Below, one piece after another: positions 1 to 7,900 of a stretch of DNA of 36,900 nt. Source of the DNA: Candidatus Binatia bacterium (GTDB taxonomy: Bacteria; Desulfobacterota; Binatia; Bin18); contig JBFWZL010000001.1 in the NCBI GenBank assembly GCA_050185455.1, forward strand, positions 1 to 36,900, given 5' to 3'. Position 1 is the first letter of the stretch. The number at the start of each line of letters is the position of its first letter. Position numbers and translations under genes: made by a program. The notes below the pieces were generated by a model that worked only from the letters and a program-made list of their open reading frames with translations, was not told the DNA's origin and made no database searches.

Positions 1-2
1 TG

Positions 3-380
3 TTCCAGTATGGCTTGTTTGACCGCTTCCCTAAGGTAAAGATTGTTGTCCTAGAATCTGGCGCGGGTTGGGCGGGGTATCTGCTGAACCGCATGGATGC
101 GGTGTATGCCAGTGCGTTGGGCGACACGGTGCGGCTCAAAGAGAAGCCGAGCACCTACTTTTATCGCCAATGTTGGATCTCCGGCGATCCAGACGAGAAA
201 GCCTTCGGTCACATTGTCGACTTTGTGGGGGCGGATAAATTCTTCTGGGCGTCGGACTTCCCGCATTTTGATCATCCGGGGAACTACATGGAAGAACTCC
301 GCGAGCTGGTGGAGCCCATGTCGGCCTCCACTCGCCAGAAGGTCATAGGCGACAACACGAAACAGGTCTACGGGCTGTAA
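3..380 (+). CDS. amidohydrolase-2 family protein, C-terminal part (5' end lies upstream of the window)
   Basis: Frame 3 is open from base 3 (FQYGLFDRFPKVKIVVLESGAGW...). The C-terminal 'FFWASDFPHFDH' matches the W(G/A)SD(Y/F)PH metal-binding end seen in the paralogs at 991, 5532 and 14394. Confidence 0.8.
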   Translation, partial: FQYGLFDRFPKVKIVVLESGAGWAGYLLNRMDAVYASALGDTVRLKEKPSTYFYRQCWISGDPDEKAFGHIVDFVGADKFFWASDFPHFDHPGNYMEELRELVEPMSASTRQKVIGDNTKQVYGL

Positions 381-480
381 ATACGGTGTCTGCTCCTGGT
401 GTGCCCTCCAGGATGCAGCAAGCGGGAGGGAGGGAACCGTGGCGTTGACCCATGGACCACAACCCCTCCTATTCCCTCCT

Positions 481-516
481 CGGAGACCGCCAGTCCCCGG
501 CGGTCTCCGCTTTTTG
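481..516 (+). terminator. intrinsic-terminator-like hairpin (copy A of a duplicated ~60-nt element)
   Basis: Perfect 11-bp stem CGGAGACCGCC (481-491) / GGCGGTCTCCG (499-509) with a 7-nt loop, followed by CTTTTTG. It lies 100 nt downstream of the stop at 380. The same hairpin plus GAGGAGT-CTGCT-ATGGA tail recurs at 2342-2396. Confidence 0.6.
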
Positions 517-549
517 AGAGGAGTTCTGCTCTTGGAATGGAGATTATGA

Positions 550-747
550 AGAAGACCCTGGACTCAGCGAGAGGGCCTCCCGCACGACGGATCAGGGAGT
601 TCGGTACTGCCCGCCAACGAATGGCGACGTGTCCAGAAAGCTGAGGGTTACAGACATATCCTGGTGAACGGTGTCGAAACCTTCCAGGATGGCAACTGCA
701 CCGGCGCGACGCCTGGCGCCCTGCTGCGCAACGGACAGGCGGCGTAA
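550..747 (+). pseudogene. C-terminal relic of a D-aminoacylase-type (amidohydrolase-3) gene
   Basis: Start-less open frame ending ...KAEGYRHILVNGVETFQDGNCTGATPGALLRNGQAA*. This resembles the conserved extreme C-terminus (..VxVNG....DG..TG..PG..LR) of N-acyl-D-amino-acid deacylases. Only about 65 codons remain and no body of the gene is present. Confidence 0.35.
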
Positions 748-755
748 TTGCACGT

Positions 756-943
756 GGCTCGCTCGTTTCACTCGCTTTATGACTTGTAGCTTATGGCCCA
801 CTCGCTTCGCTCGTTCTATGGCAGATGGCTCGTTCCCTGTGCTCACTCTATGGCAAGAAAGCTCTGGCCATGAGCTAAAGAGCGAACATAATGAGCGGGC
901 TATAAAGCGAAGCGGGCGATAGAGCGAACGCAGTGAGCGGGCC
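756..943. repeat. array of six degenerate ~28-nt units, three direct then three inverted (long imperfect palindrome)
   Basis: Forward units: GGCTCGCTCGTTTCACTCGCTTTATGAC (756-783), GGCCCACTCGCTTCGCTCGTTCTATGGC (795-822), GGCTCGTTCCCTGTGCTCACTCTATGGC (827-854). Reverse-complement units lie at 872-901, 899-917 (a half unit) and 916-943; the last has revcomp GGCCCGCTCACTGCGTTCGCTCTATCGC. The array is centred near 860. The ORFs called across it (671-922 +, 592-1098 -) only translate the repeat. Confidence 0.7.
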
Positions 944-990
944 ACAGGCTGACAAAGGATTGCTCTAATAACCAGAAGGGGGGTTACCGT

Positions 991-2118
991 ATGACGAGTA
1001 TTGCAGGCAATTACATTTCGGCGGATGGCCATTTTGTCGAGCCGGCCAATCTGTGGGTGGAGCGGATGGACAAACGCTTTCGCGACCGCGCGCCGCACGT
1101 CGAGGCGCGCACCGATGCTGACTGGTATGTCATTGACGGTGTGACGCCGTTCCCGGTGGGCCTAGAAGGGGCGTCGATGGAAGACAAGCTCAGCGGAGGA
1201 ATTAAAATGATGGGTGGGCGTCGGCATGCCAACACACGCCCAGGGGCATGGGACCCGAAAGCGCGGTTAGCCGATTTGACGCTCGATCACATTACGGCCG
1301 AGGTCATGTATCCGGGCGGGTTTGGGCTGCAATTTTGGGCGGCGCCTGATGCAGAGTATCAGGCAGAGTGTTGTCGCGTCTTTAACGATTGGGTGAGTGA
1401 GTTCTGTTCCGCAGACCCAGGGCGGTTTTTAGGTGCAGCGCTGATCCCGATGCGCGGACCTATCGAACTGGCAGTGCAAGAAACTAATCGTGCAGCCAAG
1501 CTGAAAGGCATCAAGACGCTCTCCATTCCGACGACAATGGTGGATCGGCACTATGCAAGTCCAGAATACGAACCGCTATGGGCTGCGCTCCAGGAGGCCG
1601 ACATGCCCGTGTCCATTCACATCGGCACCACGGGTGAGCCGCTTTATGATCGTTTCCTTAAGCTGGGCATTGGTCCTGGCGTGGTCGAAGCGAAGATTAT
1701 TACGGGCCAACGGGCGGTGGCCGAACTCATCTGGGCGGGGGTGCCGCAACGCTATCCCAAGATACGGTTTATCATCGCCGAGGGTGGTATTGGTTGGATT
1801 CCGTCATTGGTTGGTTTCATGGATCACTGGTGGACGGATCATCGTCGCTGGATGGAGCCTAAATTAGACGAGAAGCCCAGTGTCTACTTTAACCGCCAGT
1901 TCTGGGCGACATTTGAAGAGGATCGGGCCGGCGTCATCCTGGCGCGCGAGGGCATCTTGAATCCGGATCGCATCATGTGGGGGTCGGACTATCCACACAC
2001 CGAAGGTACGTTCCCACACTCACGCGAGGCGATTACCAGGGATTTTGCCGGTATACCGGAGGCGCTGGTGCATAAGATCGTCGTCAGTAACGCGGCCGAG
2101 CTCTACAACCTCAAATAG
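991..2118 (+). CDS. amidohydrolase-2 family protein
   Basis: 375-aa ORF with a G-rich RBS before the ATG. N-terminal 'ISADGHFVEP' and C-terminal 'WGSDYPHTEG' motifs are typical of PF04909-type metal-dependent hydrolases/decarboxylases. Confidence 0.88.
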   Translation: MTSIAGNYISADGHFVEPANLWVERMDKRFRDRAPHVEARTDADWYVIDGVTPFPVGLEGASMEDKLSGGIKMMGGRRHANTRPGAWDPKARLADLTLDHITAEVMYPGGFGLQFWAAPDAEYQAECCRVFNDWVSEFCSADPGRFLGAALIPMRGPIELAVQETNRAAKLKGIKTLSIPTTMVDRHYASPEYEPLWAALQEADMPVSIHIGTTGEPLYDRFLKLGIGPGVVEAKIITGQRAVAELIWAGVPQRYPKIRFIIAEGGIGWIPSLVGFMDHWWTDHRRWMEPKLDEKPSVYFNRQFWATFEEDRAGVILAREGILNPDRIMWGSDYPHTEGTFPHSREAITRDFAGIPEALVHKIVVSNAAELYNLK

Positions 2119-2265
2119 TCGCAGCCAGGCAACCATACGGAGCAGAGGGGATGGCCTTTGCTCCTCGGAAAAGCAGGGTGAACAGGAGAATACAGGCGCC
2201 GCCACCCTGCTGCTTACCCCCATGTTCTTTATTCCGAAACGTACACAAAAAAGGGAGGAATCGTC

Positions 2266-2340
2266 ATGAGCGTGCAAGAGATCCAATCTCTAACGCAACA
2301 GTTTTGTGACGCCTTTAATAAAAAAGACCTCACCCCTTTC
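2266..2340 (+). pseudogene. possible N-terminal relic of an NTF2/SnoaL-like gene (small ORF 2266-2433 runs into the next gene)
   Basis: Strong RBS GGGAGGA sits 5 nt upstream of ATG 2266. The first ~25 codons (MSVQEIQSLTQQFCDAFNKKDLTPF) look like the start of a SnoaL/ketosteroid-isomerase-like protein. The frame then reads through the hairpin at 2343 and overlaps the DUF1329 start. Confidence 0.3.
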
Positions 2341-2342
2341 AT

Positions 2343-2377
2343 GGAGACCAGCTGTCCCCGGCGGTCTCCGTTTTTTG
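2343..2377 (+). terminator. intrinsic-terminator-like hairpin (copy B of the duplicated element)
   Basis: GGAGACC (2343-2349) pairs with GGTCTCC (2363-2369), followed by GTTTTTTG. Near-identical to 481-516. It lies only 17 nt upstream of the 2394 start codon, with GAGGAG (2382-2387) in between. Confidence 0.5.
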
Positions 2378-2393
2378 CTTTGAGGAGTCTGCT

Positions 2394-3713
2394 ATGGAAA
2401 CAATCCGAACCTGGGTCCGCGTCTTGTCGCTGAGCGTCTTCCTTGCCTCGCCTGGAATGTTAAGCGCCGAATCATGGAGCTGGAAATACCTTAGTGAACT
2501 CTCTGAGGCTGAGCGGAGCGCCATTGATTCACGGACCGACACGCCCCGTGACGCTACACTGCCCTACCTCCCTGCCGAGCCGTATCCTTTCACGCCGCCC
2601 TACACCGCCGAAGAAATGGGGCTGCGAGCCATGGAGTTTCCTCACATCGCGCGCTGGAACTTCGCCATGATCGAAGACTTTGGTTCGATCATGCCGACGG
2701 GGTATTTGTTTACCGGCAAAACTCTCGTGCTGTCCGTCTACCCCGAACCGGAAGGACTGGTCGGCTATCTCAACGCCAAACCCGGGGAGGTGTACGCCCG
2801 CTGGCTTTCGCAAGACACGTATCCACCGGAGAACCTGGGGAACCAATTTCTCATGATGCAGCACCGTACAGACCAGACCGCCACCACCAAGACCGATATG
2901 TTCGCCTATTCCCCCGTCTTGCGGCGTGTGCGTCGTTTTCCGCAGCCGCGTCGCCAGGACCGTTTCCCGGACCAGCCCATGACCTTTGACGATTTCCTCG
3001 GGCGCGACGCCTGGGAGTTCACCTGGCGTATTATCGGCTCTGATGTCCTCTCGGAGACGGTGCGGTTTCCCGCCACCCGAGACACCATCACGTTAGCCTT
3101 CGCGGACGGAGCGCTGAACGATGTCCCTGTCAACAGTCTCAAACTGATGGGGGATGAGTATCCGTATTATACGCCAGAAGGCGGTGTCCTCTGTTATGTA
3201 CTCGAAGCCAGGGCTAAGCCCGACTGGCTGCCCGATTATTATGCGCCGCGCATCCTCTATTGGGTGGATCAGCAGCACTTTTATCCACTGCGCACGGAAC
3301 AGTATGGACCGGACGGAGACCTGGTCGCCATGGAGGTGCGACTCGCGGCGTTGTTCAACCCTGACCTGAAAGAGCGCGGGTATCAGAACCTGATCACGGT
3401 GTGGTGGAATGCCCAGCTCGATTTTCTCGCCTATGGCATTCACGATGCGCATAAGCACTGGCAATGGACGGACAAAGATAAAGAGACGTACTTTAACCCT
3501 GACTTCATGCGCCGGGTGTGGTTCCCGATCCCGCTGAAGACGCAGGCCACCGTGCGTACGCCGGCGGAGATGTTTTTGCGGCCCCATCTGTATCGCGAGA
3601 AATTCCCTGACGAACGGCAGATTATCGTCTCTCCAGAGGTCGACGCTCGCATTCACGCCCAAGATGCTGCGGGACGGTTGGTGTTTAACCAGGCTGTAGC
3701 CGAAGCAGAGTAG
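2394..3713 (+). CDS. DUF1329 family periplasmic/outer-membrane-associated protein (LolA-like)
   Basis: 439 aa with an N-terminal signal peptide (METIRTWVRVLSLSVFLASPGMLSA). Size and layout fit DUF1329. It is directly followed by a DUF1302-like barrel, the known pairing. A clear paralog lies at 17183 (shared PY(L/I)PAE.YPF.PPYTAEEMG.RAMEF). Confidence 0.7.
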   Translation: METIRTWVRVLSLSVFLASPGMLSAESWSWKYLSELSEAERSAIDSRTDTPRDATLPYLPAEPYPFTPPYTAEEMGLRAMEFPHIARWNFAMIEDFGSIMPTGYLFTGKTLVLSVYPEPEGLVGYLNAKPGEVYARWLSQDTYPPENLGNQFLMMQHRTDQTATTKTDMFAYSPVLRRVRRFPQPRRQDRFPDQPMTFDDFLGRDAWEFTWRIIGSDVLSETVRFPATRDTITLAFADGALNDVPVNSLKLMGDEYPYYTPEGGVLCYVLEARAKPDWLPDYYAPRILYWVDQQHFYPLRTEQYGPDGDLVAMEVRLAALFNPDLKERGYQNLITVWWNAQLDFLAYGIHDAHKHWQWTDKDKETYFNPDFMRRVWFPIPLKTQATVRTPAEMFLRPHLYREKFPDERQIIVSPEVDARIHAQDAAGRLVFNQAVAEAE

Positions 3714-3734
3714 CACAGTGGTGAGGGAAGGGTG

Positions 3735-5408
3735 ATGGCGGAAAACACGAAGCAGCGGAACGGCGGCACGCGGACCCATCAAGGAGTAATCAACAATGCA
3801 ACACACGAGAGGCAAACGCGGGGGTGCGGAAGCGGTCCCAGACGTCTCTGCGTTGCGAGAGAGAGACAGACGGGCGCAGGTTTTATTTTTGCAGTGCTGC
3901 TCACCGTGAGCGTGTTGTCTCCAGCGCGATGCTTCGGAAACATACTGAGTAACGCCTGGGGCGAATTTGATCAGGCCTTGTCGATCTTTGATCCGGCGGG
4001 AGACTACATCAGCCAACCCATTGAGAAAGCCATCCCGGCGCTCACGTTCAAAGGGTTCTTTCGCCAATGGTCCGACCTCAATCTCCACCGCAATCAGAAA
4101 GTCGGCTTTCGTAACAAAGACTTCCGTTTTCTCCAATTGCAAAACCTGCTGGAAATCGAACTCCACTATCAGATCACCAATAATCTGGAACTGACCAGCG
4201 TGAATCACTTCCTCTACGATGGCGTCTATAACTGGCAGGACTCGGGCGGCCTCTTTGCGCCCCGTGTCAGCGAAACCGCACGATACTACCATAATTTTGA
4301 ACGCATCGTGCGCGAGTTGTACCTCAGTTATCGCACCCACAGTTTTGACATCGTCATCGGCAAGCAGCAAATCGCCTGGGGCAAGATGGATGGACGCTTC
4401 ATCGACATGATTAACCCCATGGACGTGCGCGAGTCGGTGCAACTGGAAGCGAGTGATTTTGAGTACCGTCGGCTGCCTACGTGGATGGCCAATGCGACTT
4501 ATTTTTTCGGCGGCAATTCTCTGCAACTCCTCTACATCCCGAACTTTGAGCAAGAGCGGCTGCCCACCGTGGGCTCGCCGTGGTTCCCTCCCTCCGTGCC
4601 GCCGCTGGACGCGATCGTTAAAAGGCGCAAACGGCCGAGCGCCGGCGATTTTGGTGACCATGAATACGGCACCCGGCTCGACATCTCGATGGATCCGCTG
4701 ACGTGGGGACTGATTTATTTCTATGCCTGGAACGACAATCCGAACTTCTTCCTCACCGGTGCGGATACGTCAGGCGAGACGGTCAAGCCGATTCTCACGC
4801 CCCGCCACACCCGGTTACATCATCTCGGAGTGACGGCCGATTATGCCACGACTCTCTCAGGAATGCCGGTGGTCGGAGATTTGCCGCTGGTCATACGTGT
4901 TGAGGGGCTGTACAGTTTCGGAGTCAAGTTTGCCGATGCCCAGCGACAACTCGCGGCATTCGCTGGCGGCGACGGTGGCGGGCATGTCAGTCGGGATACC
5001 CTGCGGGCGGCGATTGCGATCGAGTTCGCCTTGCCGGGGAACACGTCCTTCATCGTGCAGCCGTCGCTGTTTACAACGTTCGGGTGGCGCAAGAGTATTG
5101 TCGGCAGTGGATTTGGCGGAGCCACCGACAGCAACGAATGGAATCTGTTACCGGTCGTGTATGTCGAACATCCGTTCCGCTTCACCCGTGATCGGCTGCG
5201 GGCCAGCATTACCGTGTTTCCGTTTCTTGGCGCGCCGGGCCGCCATTATGAAGGGACAAAGAGCAAGCTGGTGGTGTCCTACAAGTTTTCCCGCTTCATT
5301 ACTGGGCGGTTGATCTACACGACCTATGACGGTGGCGGACGCGACAGCACCTTTGGCCAATACGACAAGTGGGACAATATCGGCTGGGAGATCAGTTATG
5401 AGTTTTGA
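3735..5408 (+). CDS. DUF1302 family outer-membrane beta-barrel protein
   Basis: Hydrophobic signal-like segment FIFAVLLTVSVLSPARCFG, a 'GKQQIAWGKMDG' motif, alternating beta-strand-like sequence, and C-terminal ...WEISYEF (terminal Phe, an OMP signature). The start is uncertain: GTG 3732 or ATG 3735 gives an unusually long N-region. A canonical AAGGAG-N9-ATG at 3796 is in another frame. Confidence 0.7.
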   Translation: MAENTKQRNGGTRTHQGVINNATHERQTRGCGSGPRRLCVARERQTGAGFIFAVLLTVSVLSPARCFGNILSNAWGEFDQALSIFDPAGDYISQPIEKAIPALTFKGFFRQWSDLNLHRNQKVGFRNKDFRFLQLQNLLEIELHYQITNNLELTSVNHFLYDGVYNWQDSGGLFAPRVSETARYYHNFERIVRELYLSYRTHSFDIVIGKQQIAWGKMDGRFIDMINPMDVRESVQLEASDFEYRRLPTWMANATYFFGGNSLQLLYIPNFEQERLPTVGSPWFPPSVPPLDAIVKRRKRPSAGDFGDHEYGTRLDISMDPLTWGLIYFYAWNDNPNFFLTGADTSGETVKPILTPRHTRLHHLGVTADYATTLSGMPVVGDLPLVIRVEGLYSFGVKFADAQRQLAAFAGGDGGGHVSRDTLRAAIAIEFALPGNTSFIVQPSLFTTFGWRKSIVGSGFGGATDSNEWNLLPVVYVEHPFRFTRDRLRASITVFPFLGAPGRHYEGTKSKLVVSYKFSRFITGRLIYTTYDGGGRDSTFGQYDKWDNIGWEISYEF

Positions 5409-5531
5409 CCGCGACCACCAAGGAAGCAGGGGAAAACTTCAACGTCTTGCGACTCAGGAGCAAGCAGGACATCTCGTGTTCTGATTCCCACAACGTCCCC
5501 GAACACCAACTGGAGAAAAGGAGGGTCTCGT

Positions 5532-6650
5532 ATGAAAATTATCGATGGTGACAGTCACTTCATGGAACCATTGGATCTGTTTGAGCGGTTCATCGATCCG
5601 CCGTATCGTGACCGAGCGATGCACGTCGCGAAAGATCCGACCAGCGGCGCCCCATGTATGGTCGTCGATGGGAAACCGATGCGGTTTCTCGATGTGGACG
5701 AGCTGCTCGGCGCAGTGGTGGCCTATGGCCAAAAAGAAGCCGATCATAACCTGACCGACTTCAATCGCCACCTGGTCTTTAACGCTCAGTGGCAGGACAT
5801 GGACAAGCGCGTGCAGTTTCTGGACGAGGAAGGGATCGACGCTTAAGTGCTCTTTCCTACCCTCGGCCTATTGTGGGAAGGGACCGTGACTGATCCCCAG
5901 CTCGCCGACGCCCATTGCCGCGCGTACAATACCTGGGCGTTTGAACTCTGTGCGGCCCACAAAGACCGGCTCTTCCCGGCGGCCCACATCTCGCTGCTCG
6001 ACCCGCGGTTGGCCGTGCGAGAGCTGGAGCGGGTGGCCAAGCTGGGGTGCCGGGCTATCATGTTAGGGTCTGCGCCGATTAAGGGGAGAAGCTTTGGTCA
6101 TCCGGACTTCGATCCAGTGTGGGCGACGGCGCAGGACTTGAACCTCAGTGTGGGCATCCATCCGGCTGGCAATCCAGACTACATCGGCAGTGCCTGGTAT
6201 CGGGACCGGGACCCCGGATTCATGTTCGTCACCATGAACGTCATCCAGGACCCGCGCATGGCGCTGACCACGATGGTCTATGACGGGGTGTTTGAGCGCT
6301 TTCCCAGGCTACGGGTGGCTACCGTTGAAGCGATGGTGGGGTGGGTCGGCGAGTGGCTCGAGCGGCTCAATTACCGCTACCAGTACATGAAACACACCTC
6401 GCAGATGAAGCGGCCAGCCACGGAATACTTTCAGCGTAACATCTGGATCAACGCGGACCCGGAGGAGAAGATGTTTCCACTGATCGTGCAGTTTGCCGGG
6501 GATGAGAAGTTCTTCATTGGGTCTGATTACCCCCATGCCGAGGGGTTCGTGCACCCAGTGCGGAAGGCACGAGAACTGCTCTCAGGCTTGCCTGCCGCGT
6601 CGGTGGACAAGATCCTGGGCGACAATGCCAGAGCGTTTTACGGCATCTGA
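5532..6650 (+). pseudogene. amidohydrolase-2 family gene interrupted by one in-frame TAA (5844-5846)
   Basis: ORFs 5532-5846 and 5847-6650 are in the same frame and are contiguous. The junction reads ...LDEEGIDA*VLFPTLG, inside the conserved 'GID..VL.P' segment. The N-terminal part carries 'IDGDSHFMEP' and the C-terminal part carries 'GSDYPHAEG'. Confidence 0.8.
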
Positions 6651-6713
6651 CCGCACAATCGTGGAGGCAACACTTCAGACAACTTCCTAACAAGCTCACA
6701 GGAGGAAACAGCG

Positions 6714-7190
6714 GTGAATCTGGAAGAGTTGAAGAGCCGGCTAGAGACGTTGGAGGCGATTGAAGCAATCAAGAAACTCAAGGCTCGCTACTGTCAGTGT
6801 GCGGATGAGCGCGACGCCGAGGGTTACGCCAACCTGTTTACCGAGGACGGGGTTTTCGAGGGAGGCGCCTTCGGACGTGGGCAGGGCCGGGCAGGAGTTG
6901 CTGCATTCTTACGCGGGGTGCAGCAGCAATCCTTGCCCTTTGCCCTGCACTATGTGATGAACCCGATCATCGAGGTTCACGGGGACACTGCAACAGGGCA
7001 GTGGTATCTGCTGGAGCCGTGCACCATGGTGGCCGAAGAAACTCAGGCCCAGCAAGCCGTGTGGGGGACGGCCCGGTATGAGGAGGAGTACGTGAAGGTG
7101 GCCGGCGAGTGGCAGTTCACGCATCTCAAAGTGTTTTCGTCGTTCATGACGCCGTACGAGCAGGGATGGGCGAAGAAGAAGTTTGTGTAA
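6714..7190 (+). CDS. SnoaL-like / NTF2-fold protein
   Basis: 158 aa with a GTG start after AGGAGGA. The N-terminus 'LEAIEAIKKLKARYCQCADERDAEGYANLFTEDGVFEG' is characteristic of the SnoaL_4-type NTF2 family. Confidence 0.75.
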   Translation: MNLEELKSRLETLEAIEAIKKLKARYCQCADERDAEGYANLFTEDGVFEGGAFGRGQGRAGVAAFLRGVQQQSLPFALHYVMNPIIEVHGDTATGQWYLLEPCTMVAEETQAQQAVWGTARYEEEYVKVAGEWQFTHLKVFSSFMTPYEQGWAKKKFV

Positions 7191-7349
7191 GGGAAGAGAG
7201 TTTGGTGGGAAAGGGCGGTGAGAGACCGGAACGGTGGTTTCTTTACAACTCATGAACACGCAAAGGAGGGTCAAGCAATGTTAGGCGCTGTAGTGGAGCT
7301 GCTGAAGAACCTCTAAGGCGCCAAATTTGCTTCATAAGGAGGGAAACGT

Positions 7350-7739
7350 ATGCTTAAAGGGATCGATAATGTTGGCGTCGCGGTGACTGACCTGAATCGT
7401 TCCATTGCCTTTTACGAAAAGCTTGGCTTTGTCAGGGGACAGGACTACGAGGCTGATGTGAGAGGCTGCAGCATGACCTGCGGCAGTGCAGTGCTCTTCC
7501 TGTTTCAGACCAAGCAGACCAAGCCCCAGGGGGTGAAGCGAGAGCCGACTCTGGCCCAGAACCCGCCCGGGCTCGACCACATCTCGTTCCTGGTTGAGGA
7601 CGTGAACGTGATGCCTGCCGAGCTGAAAGCCAAGGGTGTTGTTTTCCTCGGCGAGCCTGCGGATCAGGACTGGGGTGCACGGCTGGTGGGGCTCAAAGAC
7701 CCGGACGGCAGTAACCTCTACCTCCTGCAATACCTGTAG
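7350..7739 (+). CDS. VOC (glyoxalase/bleomycin-resistance/dioxygenase) family protein
   Basis: 129 aa. 'MLKGIDNVGVAVTDLNRSIAFYEKLGF' and 'GLDHISFLVEDV....GARLVGLKDPDG' are typical VOC betaalphabetabetabeta modules. An AGGAGGG RBS precedes the start. Confidence 0.85.
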   Translation: MLKGIDNVGVAVTDLNRSIAFYEKLGFVRGQDYEADVRGCSMTCGSAVLFLFQTKQTKPQGVKREPTLAQNPPGLDHISFLVEDVNVMPAELKAKGVVFLGEPADQDWGARLVGLKDPDGSNLYLLQYL

Positions 7740-7900
7740 AGCCGTGTGGTCGTGCGACGGACCCCCTCAGCATGAAGAACCCTGCGCCTGCTCCACGAGG
7801 ACTGTTCTACAGTTGGATTATCACCGCATGTGCGTTCGAGGTCTTGCTTTTGACCTGAGGCTACTGAGGGCCACCGGCAACAGGTGAGAAGGGATTGCGT

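Noticed and set aside
756-943. Possible CRISPR array
   Set aside because: The units are degenerate rather than near-identical, spacers are only 4-11 nt, half the units are inverted, and no cas genes are present.
592-1098. 168-aa minus-strand ORF and 83-aa plus-strand ORF (671-922) in the first intergenic gap
   Set aside because: Both simply translate the degenerate repeat array, giving periodic ARFTRF/TRFARS-type peptides, and they overlap the real start at 991. No coding signal.
3093-4661. 522-aa ORF on the minus strand
   Set aside because: It lies antisense to the well-supported DUF1329 and DUF1302 genes. The translation is Arg/His/Pro-rich, low-complexity and motif-free, as expected for shadow ORFs in GC-rich DNA.
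7278-7316. 12-codon mini-ORF (MLGAVVELLKNL*) with a strong AAAGGAGGG RBS
   Set aside because: It is too short to evaluate and no attenuator structure or conservation is visible. It could be a leader peptide or a relic, but this is unsupported.
7316-7331. Sigma-54-like AGGCGCCAAATTTGCT upstream of the VOC gene
   Set aside because: The spacing is correct, but it ends only 19 nt before the ATG. The predicted start site would fall inside or after the RBS.
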